This document shows positions 1 through 5,569 of a DNA stretch of 5,569 nt, piece after piece. Numbering within the stretch: the stretch's first letter is position 1; every line of letters begins with the position of its first letter. Below the pieces are notes generated by a model. That model was not told the DNA's origin, ran no database searches, and saw only the letters and a list, made by a program, of their open reading frames with translations. Location: contig NW_021829979.1 of NCBI RefSeq assembly GCF_006345805.1, positions 1 to 5,569 of the forward strand, in the 5' to 3' direction. A program made the position numbers and the translations under genes. The DNA comes from Octopus sinensis. Its lineage: Eukaryota.

Positions 1-55
1 AGTAGCTCAGCTTCCTGATCATATTAGAAGTTAGAGGAGATATCATCTACCTTAT

Positions 56-152
56 TTACATTATTTACATTTGACGGATATTTGTCCTCTTCTTGTTTGT
101 TGTTAACACAACGTTTCGGTTGATATACCCTCCAGCCTTCTTCAGGTGTCTT
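56..152 (-). mobile_element. Short hammerhead-bearing retroelement module (truncated Penelope-like pLTR or non-autonomous derivative)
   Basis: Hammerhead at the 5' end (minus strand), followed by an A-rich 3' segment ending in a repeated AATGTAAAT tail. Flanked by direct repeats TATCATCTACCTTAT (41-55) and TATCATCTGCCTTAT (166-180), 14/15 identical. Assignment to Penelope is inferred from the ribozyme architecture; no RT or GIY-YIG ORF is present. Confidence 0.6.
105..150 (-). ncRNA. Minimal type I hammerhead ribozyme (Penelope-like element/retrozyme type, palindromic stem III)
   Basis: Minus strand reads GACAC-CUGAAGA-A-GGCUG-GAGGGUAUAU-CAACC-GAAA-C-GUU-GUGUU. Stem I is GACAC/GUGUU (5 bp, one G-U). 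The CUGANGA core is at 145-139. Stem II is GGCUG/CAACC (4 of 5 paired, one C-A mismatch), followed by GAAA at 117-114. Stem III is reduced to the AACGUU palindrome. The NUH triplet is GUU, with predicted cleavage between 110 and 109. Confidence 0.85.
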
Positions 153-1078
153 AAATATAGAACTGTATCATCTGCCTTATGACGATCAGTTATAATAGTT
201 TCTGCAAAGACCGTTGTAGAATGACCTCTGTCTTTGTGAAGAAATATCTGGAAGCCTGTTTGTTCTTCATTCGAGATTACAATTCCTTAAAAGATATTTT
301 ACCTTTCATCTTTTTAAATTCACATTTCTGTATTCGATGCTTAAAATATCCGTAATAGACTGGCAGAAAATGCATTGAATAATCAGAATTGAGGAACGTG
401 GGGTGTAGCATGAAGATGTTAGTGTCCGTTATAGAAATATGGGGAAAGGATGGGAACTTTTAACAAGGTCCGTTGAAAACGCTGGGAGGAATCCAGTCAC
501 CAGGGGTTTAGTATTACCTTTAATGAGGATCTATAAAACTTTAAAGGCAGGTGAAAGTATTACAACATGTATAATGCGGTGGAATCCATGCTCAACTGTG
601 ATTTCATTCTGGTGCTGTTGTCGCACAAATACAACAAATGGAGACATGATTCAGTCTTCCCACAATCTCACTGATCTGAACTAAAGTAATTCTCAAGACT
701 CAGCATTGTTAAAATCTTTGGCGATGATAGGAATGTCGAAATCGGTCAAGAAATGGTCAACGGATCAACTTCTCACAAATTTACCATTTGAAATGGCAAA
801 TATCTCCAAGATTATCAAGCAAACTGGGAAATAATCAATTTGAGTGTTCAATATACACAGAAAATGTAAGCAGTGGCTGTTTGTATTCTCATGTATACAA
901 ATGGATCCCATTCTAATCAATAAAAGATGGTAAAATGATGCTAAAATCTGAGACTCGAACAATACGTTCTTTATCATCGTTTCTGACTCTAATTGCGACG
1001 GAGATTTCCAGGTTGAGTTTGAGAGTAAAGAAGAATTTAAGTGAAAATAGAATACGTTGCGATTGGAGGAAACTTACC

Positions 1079-1312
1079 TATTTCTTTACTACGTCACAAG
1101 GGGTTAAACACAGAGAGGACAAACAAGGACAGACAAACGGATTAAGTCGATTACATCGACCCCAGTCCGTAACTGGTACTTAATTTCTCGACCCCGAAAG
1201 GATGAAAGGCAAAGTGGACCTCAGCAGAATTTGAACTCAGAACGTAACGGCAGACGAAATACCGCTAATCATTTCGCCCGGCGTGCTAAAGTTTCTGCCA
1301 GCTCGCCGCCTT
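1079..1312 (-). mobile_element. tRNA-derived SINE, family A, apparently full length
   Basis: Minus strand begins AAGGCGGCGAGCTGGCAGAA (A-box-like) and has B box GAGTTCAAATTC (1238-1227). The central TTTGCCTTTCATCCTTTCGGGGTCGAGAAATTAAGTACCAG block resembles, from recall, the conserved Meta/Sauria-type SINE domain. A-rich end AAAGAAATA. Flanked by a degenerate TSD: GATTGGAGGAAACTTACC (1061-1078) and GATGGAGGAATCTTACC (1313-1329). Confidence 0.85.
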
Positions 1313-1343
1313 GATGGAGGAATCTTACCACTATTGAAATATT

Positions 1344-1414
1344 ACGCGGCTCCGGCAGGTGTGGTGGTGTGGTGGCGAACCCTGCTGTACTCTTTCACCA
1401 CAACTTTCTCTCAC
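1344..1414 (+). mobile_element. Internal fragment of SINE family B
   Basis: ACGCGGCTCCGGCAGG...TGGCGAACCCTGCTGTACTCTTTCACCACAACTTTCTCTCAC aligns by eye with 1740-1805 (ACGCGGCTCTGGCAGAAGG...TGGCGAACTTCTGCTGACTCTTTCGCTTCAACTCTCTCTCGC) inside the full-length SINE. Confidence 0.75.
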
Positions 1415-1637
1415 TAGTTGCGAGAAATTAATGCAAGGTTGATGTCAAAAATCGCTTCGTAGCATTTCGGATTTTACATTCTCTAAAAATTACTAATTCC
1501 GTTTAGCGTAACATTATAAATGAGTATGAAAGTGCAGCAGAGACAAATAGTTTGATGGTAGAAACAAAAGGCGTATCCTATGTAAGGGAGATAATTAAGA
1601 ACAATGGAAAGAAATATATAAAGCTACACCTAAAATA

Positions 1638-1940
1638 GAGGAGGCATATGGCCTAGCCGCTAAATCGAGGCCGAGGGATCGCAGGTTCGAATCTCAGTCT
1701 GGGTGATGTGTGTGTTTATGAGCGAAACACCTAAGATCCACGCGGCTCTGGCAGAAGGTAATGGCGAACTTCTGCTGACTCTTTCGCTTCAACTCTCTCT
1801 CGCTCTTTTCTCTGGCATCTAGCAGCTCATCTGGAGCGGACCGACGTCTCATCCCGATGGGGAGCCTATATGCCAATGAAACTAGGAAACCGACCCTTAT
1901 GAGTCAGGCATAGCTCGAGAAGGACCAAACAACGACAACA
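1638..1940 (+). mobile_element. tRNA-derived SINE, family B, full length with TSD
   Basis: A box TGGCCTAG (1649-1656) and B box GGTTCGAATC (1684-1693). A CORE-like TGTGTTTATGAGCGAAACACCTAA segment follows. The 3' tail is (CAA)n-like: CAAACAACGACAACA. Perfect 12-bp TSD ACACCTAAAATA at 1626-1637 and 1941-1952. Confidence 0.9.
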
Positions 1941-1969
1941 ACACCTAAAATAAGTAAACATATAAGCAC

Positions 1970-2237
1970 TGATACCGACACTCCGTCGGTTACGACGAGG
2001 AGCGTTCCAGTTGATCCGATCAACGGAACAGCCTGCTCGGGAAACTAAAGTACACGTGGCTGAGTACTTCACTGACCCGCGACAGAGAATGCGTTAAGGC
2101 TGGCCCTTATGTATTACAGGTACAACTCGTTTTTGCCAGCTGAATGGACTGGAGTAACGTTAATAAGTCCTTTTCTCAAGGACACAAGGCTCCCACCTGG
2201 AATCGAATTTACAACCTGACGATCTTGCGCCAATTCG
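1970..2237 (-). mobile_element. tRNA-derived CORE-like SINE, family C, 5'-truncated
   Basis: Minus strand has a degenerate B box (AAATTCGATTCC), then CORE-like TTGTGTCCTTGAGAAAAGGACTT and CTCCAGTCCATTCAGCTGGCAAAAA. The 3' body GCAGGCTGTTCCGTTGATCGGATCAACTGGAAC...GTCGTAACCGACGGAGTG is recalled as an abundant octopus SINE body. No A box is visible; the 5' end abuts mariner sequence. Boundaries are approximate. Confidence 0.75.
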
Positions 2238-2238
2238 C

Positions 2239-2466
2239 GTCAGTGGTGGAGGTTGATGGACGTCCTGCGCCCTCTTCGTGCATCACGATTTTCCGGCCAC
2301 CTCTAAACTTTTCGATCCACTCATACATATTTCTACGTGGTAGTTCACTGTGTCCGTATGGTGCTAAAAGCTTCCGATGAATATCAACACCTGACACACC
2401 TTTCGATCGGAGAAATCAGATCAATGCTCTCTGTTCTTTGGTGCAGATTGCTTTTGGAGCGGCCAT
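2239..2466 (-). pseudogene. Mariner transposase N-terminal HTH DNA-binding domain, decayed and truncated
   Basis: Translation from ATG 2466: MAAPKAICTKEQRALI*FLRSKGVSGVDIHRKLLAPYGHSELPRRNMYEWIEKFRGGRKIVMHEEGAGRPSTSTTD. It shows the mariner HTH signatures (IHRKL..YG, YEW..KF..GR, GRP). In-frame TGA at 2418-2416 is probably CGA>TGA. Homology stops before the second HTH and the DD34D domain. Confidence 0.9.
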
Positions 2467-2526
2467 ACTTACATTGCAAAGCCAGAAAGAAAAATGGCGC
2501 GAGTAGGCTCAAACTTCGATCACGTG

Positions 2527-2749
2527 ACCACAATGGTACCAGAAGGCAGTGTGATCATAATAAAGATAGTACCACAGTGGGGCTAGAAGGCAGTGTGATA
2601 ATAATAAAGATGGTACCACAATATTACCAGAAGGAAGTGTGATAATAATAAAGATAGTACCACAATGGTACCTGAAGGCAGTGTGATGATAATAATAAAG
2701 ACAGTATCACCATAGTACCAGAAAGCAGTGTGATAATAATAACGATGTT
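2527..2749. repeat. 44-bp minisatellite, 5 copies
   Basis: Units at 2527-2570, 2571-2614, 2615-2658, 2659-2705 (47 bp, extra GAT) and 2706-2749. Consensus is approximately ACCACAATGGTACCAGAAGGCAGTGTGATAATAATAAAGATAGT. Units are head-to-tail with no spacers. Confidence 0.95.
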
Positions 2750-2827
2750 ATGGTGAAAGTGCGGCTAAGTTTTGACTTCCCCTCGTATATATATACTGAG
2801 CATGTTTACGTTTCACATATTATCTGT

Positions 2828-2848
2828 ACACACACACGCACACACACA
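2828..2848. repeat. (AC)n microsatellite
   Basis: ACACACACACGCACACACACA, directly visible. Confidence 0.9.
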
Positions 2849-2953
2849 ATACGCTCAGTATAGAAGCCACTCATTAGTGCTAACGAAGCTGGACATCTAA
2901 TTACCTCTACCATCTCGAGCTAAGGAGCGAATCTCTGTATTATTGCTCCGACA

Positions 2954-2990
2954 TTCTAGAAATAGCAGTCAAATACTCTCGAATCACACC
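2954..2990 (+). repeat. Short diverged copy of the interspersed repeat end found in inverted orientation at 3657-3694
   Basis: TTCTAGAAATAGCAGTCAAATACTCTCGAATCACACC matches the reverse complement of 3657-3694 (TGCTAAAAATTACAGCCAAATCTCCCTCAAATGACATC) at about 27 of 38 positions by hand alignment. Confidence 0.5.
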
Positions 2991-3526
2991 ATGCTATCCT
3001 GAAATAAATAAATGAAATTACATAATGTTATTCTTGATTTATAAACAGCTATGCTCCCGCTGTCGATTATAAATCTGTGCAAACAAGACAGACGCGGGCT
3101 AAACAATGACAATAAATCTACCATTCTCTTCATAATATATTCGCCTGAGATTGTTTGATCTTCATTCATTTCTAATCCTCAATAATCTACAAATCTTCGA
3201 TGTCCTAAATCCTATCATTCATTATACGCTGCTCTCTTGACCACCAGGCCACTTACATAATCTTTTCATTGATATCAAGCAAAACTCAAAGGTGACCAGC
3301 TATCAAACTGGAAGTCTTAATCTCTATTAAGCTTTATTAATCTCAGCATTTCCTAAATGTTAACTTTATCAAGTTAATTAATCCTGATCCTGATACAACA
3401 GAAATATGATCGATATTGTTCCGATGCCAGACACCTAAGTCCTTGGAAAGATTGGCTTTGTATTGTGAAATAACTCCAGCGATCACACAGGATTCCTACT
3501 TCGTTTGTAGTTTTTGTTTTTGTTCT

Positions 3527-3700
3527 TTAACCCTGGGTCAGGCCTGGTTAAGTAAATATATGATCAAAGACATTCGACTTGTGACCATCCTGTCATTTTC
3601 GTATGTACACAGAACGTAGGACCACTTTACCCGACGTCTTTCAGCTAAGAGACTGGGATGTCATTTGAGGGAGATTTGGCTGTAATTTTTAGCATGTCAA
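3527..3700. mobile_element. Degenerate interspersed repeat (probable SINE/MITE fragment)
   Basis: Blocks TATGATCAAAGACATTC...GTGACCATCC and TTTGAGGGAGATTTGGCTG..ATTT.TAG are recalled as parts of a common octopus repeat. The in-window second copy at 2954-2990 supports repetitive status. Family and orientation are not established. Confidence 0.45.
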
Positions 3701-3738
3701 GAGAAAACTATAAACTCTTTCCGCTTTTACTTGCTTTT

Positions 3739-3880
3739 TGGTGGCAGTAGTGGCGCTAGTAGAGGTGGTGGCCGTCGTGTTTTTTCTAGTATAGTGATGC
3801 CATCGGTGTGCTATTGTTCTTGGTGTAGTGGTGTTAATACACTACTGGTGATGATTACACCAGTTTCCAACCATGACCAT
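3739..3880. repeat. Degenerate (GGT/AGT)n low-complexity tract
   Basis: GGTGGCAGTAGTGGCGCTAGTAGAGGTGGTGG...GGTGTAGTGGTGTT...GGTGATGAT shows triplet periodicity. Confidence 0.6.
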
Positions 3881-4223
3881 CATGTTTATACGTGTATACT
3901 GTCCTTCATTTAAGCGCACCTATTTCTGGGTTTCCGTATACTAAACGTGTTCACGAATCAGCACATGGGGTGGGGAAGATTAATCCAGATCAGTGGTTAG
4001 AAGATTCGGTTGACTTGATGTATAAGCGGTTCCAGTTTTAAACCTAAGTCTACCTGAGAAATATCATGTAAAGGTAATTTGGTCGAGGAAATTAAATAGT
4101 TTCATTAATGAGTGTATGTATACGGACATATGCGTGTATGAATTCATTTACATACGTACGTACGTCTACATGTGCTTTGTGTACACATTTATAGAACAAG
4201 TGTGTGTATATTGTTTTAGGACC

Positions 4224-4285
4224 AGCTGCGTGATTAAGTGGTTGCGTTCGTGATTACGTCATCCCAGGTTCAAACTTAATGTGTG
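4224..4285 (+). mobile_element. Highly degenerate tRNA-like SINE head
   Basis: GCTGCGTGATTAAG (A-box-like) and GGTTCAAAC (B-box-like, 4267-4275) at tRNA-like spacing. No body or TSD found. Confidence 0.35.
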
Positions 4286-4348
4286 ATGATGGTGAATGTT
4301 TATTGATATAGGTATGTATATGCATACATACACACGCATGTATATCGG

Positions 4349-4370
4349 TATCTATCTATCTATCTATATC

Positions 4371-4444
<74 letters not shown>

Positions 4445-4457
4445 GTATCTATCTATC
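4349..4457. repeat. (TATC)n tetranucleotide microsatellite
   Basis: Long near-perfect TATC array with few interruptions. Confidence 0.97.
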
Positions 4458-4560
4458 TTCCGACTGTTTGGAAGTACCGGATTCATGGAACTCTCCCGCT
4501 ACCATTGGATGACGTCACTTTATTCATTCGGAGTACGCCATTTCTGCACCTTTGTGAATC
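4458..4560. promoter_or_regulatory. Candidate Pol II regulatory island (CCAAT box, perfect CRE, ETS-like and YY1-like cores)
   Basis: ATTGG at 4504-4508 (reverse CCAAT) lies 1 bp from TGACGTCA (4510-4517). GGAAGT at 4470-4475 and CGCCATTT at 4536-4543. Six CpGs in ~100 bp within CpG-poor microsatellite flanks. No transcript evidence. Confidence 0.3.
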
Positions 4561-4860
4561 AATATATATATATTATATATATATATAATATATTATATAT
4601 ATATGCATATATGTATATATATAACATATATCTTTGTATGTATCTATATATATGTACGTGCATGTATATGTATGTATACACTATACACATACATGCATAT
4701 ACATTTATATATATACATATATAGATGTACATACATACTTATACATACATGTATATATATATAATATATATATACTTACATATATTTATATATGTATATG
4801 TGTATCTTTATACACACACAGACACAGGCACACACACACACATATGTGTGTATATATATA

Positions 4861-4900
<40 letters not shown>

Positions 4901-4930
4901 GCATGCATGCATTATCATACATACATATAT
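4561..4930. repeat. Compound (TA)n/(CATA)n/(TATG)n/(CA)n microsatellite field
   Basis: Directly visible alternating purine-pyrimidine repeats. Confidence 0.95.
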
Positions 4931-5059
4931 TCGGTATAGAGAATATTTCTATTATGTTGACAATGGAATACGGAGAAAAAGAGACATCGGAATGTTGGGC
5001 AAAAAAAAAAAGATAAATATATAGTTTATCAATATTTCCGATCAGCGTTTGCCTGATAC

Positions 5060-5160
5060 GAGAGAGAGAGAAAGAGAGAGAGGTGGGGATAGAGGAAGAG
5101 AGATGAATGAAGCAAGGTGCAGAAAGAGAGGGTGGGAAAGAGAGGATGGGAGAGCGAAGG
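5060..5160. repeat. (GA)n / purine-rich tract
   Basis: GAGAGAGAGAGAAAGAGAGAGAGG... is almost exclusively purines on the plus strand. Confidence 0.85.
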
Positions 5161-5204
5161 CATATTTCATTGTTACTGTAAAATAATGGAAATCTTTTCG
5201 CCAA

Positions 5205-5550
5205 GTTCACCGCCGCCATCACATCTTCGTTCTCTTTCCTTCTCTTCCGTATCAACACCAACATCAACATCACGGGAAAGAGTAGGATCATCAAGGACGA
5301 CAATTAAGGCACCGCCGCCATTATTACTACAACTCTCACCACCGGTACTTCCACCACCACCACTACTCAATCTACCACCACTTCCATCAGCGCCACTACT
5401 ACATCTTCCGCTGCCGCAACTTCAACATGGCGTCTTTTCACATCAAAACTACCAATATATTCATCATCATCATCAGCATTATCATTATCCTCATGCATTA
5501 TCATTGTCTTTGTCATCGTCGTCGTCATCATCATCATCATCATCATCAAT
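5205..5550. repeat. Degenerate trinucleotide low-complexity region (CAT/CAC/CAA/TAC)n
   Basis: CACCGCCGCCATC, CCACCACCACCACTACT and (CAT)n runs up to 5547. Confidence 0.85.
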
Positions 5551-5569
5551 GTCGTAGATATCAATCAGT

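Larger units (their letters stand above)
2238..2787 (-). mobile_element. Tc1/mariner DNA transposon, 5' fragment (one TIR, 5' UTR, transposase N-terminus)
   Basis: Minus strand begins TA-CGAGGGGAAGTCAAAAC (TA target at 2786-2787), a typical mariner TIR start, in the same orientation as the transposase fragment whose ATG is at 2466. No second TIR and no catalytic-domain sequence found in the window. Confidence 0.85.

Noticed and set aside
439-684. 81-aa ORF as a host gene
   Set aside because: No recognisable domain and no exon structure supported. At most part of a decayed element.
950-960. Isolated B-box-like GTTCGAGTCTC on the minus strand
   Set aside because: No A box, cloverleaf or SINE body around it.
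765-1183. ORFs 765..977 (-) and 935..1183 (+)
   Set aside because: No homology recognised, and the second runs into SINE A. Length is consistent with chance.
1640-1700. SINE heads (here and at 1227-1310) as genuine tRNA genes
   Set aside because: No complete cloverleaf or acceptor stem, shortened A-B spacing in this copy, and both continue into SINE bodies with TSDs.
2216-2222. Second CUGACGA hammerhead core on the plus strand
   Set aside because: No stem II followed by GAAA and no NUH/stem I partner.
1694-2380. ORFs 1694..1876 (-), 1866..2072 (-) and 2144..2380 (+)
   Set aside because: They lie within SINEs or antisense to the mariner fragment.
2337-2642. 101-aa ORF
   Set aside because: Antisense to the transposase and running through the minisatellite. 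No independent support.
2527-2749. CRISPR-like array (regular, partly palindromic repeats)
   Set aside because: Units are contiguous with no unique spacers, there are no cas genes, and the context is eukaryotic. It is a minisatellite.
2984-3169. 61-aa minus-strand ORF or possible exon
   Set aside because: No recognisable domain, and the acceptor-like TTTATTTCAG coincides with an AT-rich repeat tail.
3880-4040. Stop-free plus-strand frame (...GFPYTKRVHESAHGVGKINPDQWLEDSVDLMYKRFQF*)
   Set aside because: About 50 codons, no upstream ATG, no convincing splice acceptor and no recognised homology.
4296-5024. Long ORFs rich in YLSI/YI/HT repeats
   Set aside because: They are translations of (TATC)n and (TA)n microsatellites, which lack stop codons in some frames.
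5060-5160. Triplex (H-DNA) potential of the GA tract
   Set aside because: Generic property of very common GA repeats, with no long perfect mirror symmetry or other locus-specific evidence.
4776-5564. ORFs 4776..5303 (-), 5117..5557 (+), 5173..5370 (-) and 5367..5564 (-) with poly-P/S/H/G/M/D runs
   Set aside because: Open frames on both strands arise from degenerate trinucleotide and GA repeats. There is no domain signal.

Overview
AT-rich, repeat-dense eukaryotic non-coding DNA with no supportable host gene. From memory, the repeat families look cephalopod (Octopus-like); this is inference, not a database result. In order along the window: (1) a minimal type I hammerhead ribozyme of the Penelope/retrozyme kind on the minus strand (105-150), inside a ~100-nt module flanked by a near-perfect 15-bp direct repeat; (2) a cluster of tRNA-derived SINEs from at least three families (1079-2237), two with target-site duplications; (3) the 5' part of a mariner transposon on the minus strand (TIR at 2785, decayed N-terminal HTH transposase at 2466-2239), with five 44-bp tandem repeats in its 5' UTR and a direct fusion to a headless SINE; (4) further degenerate repeats; (5) large microsatellite fields enclosing a ~100-bp CpG-containing island with adjacent CCAAT and CRE motifs. 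Most ORFs in the supplied track are chance or simple-repeat artefacts. Only 2209..2397 reflects real (transposase) coding sequence.
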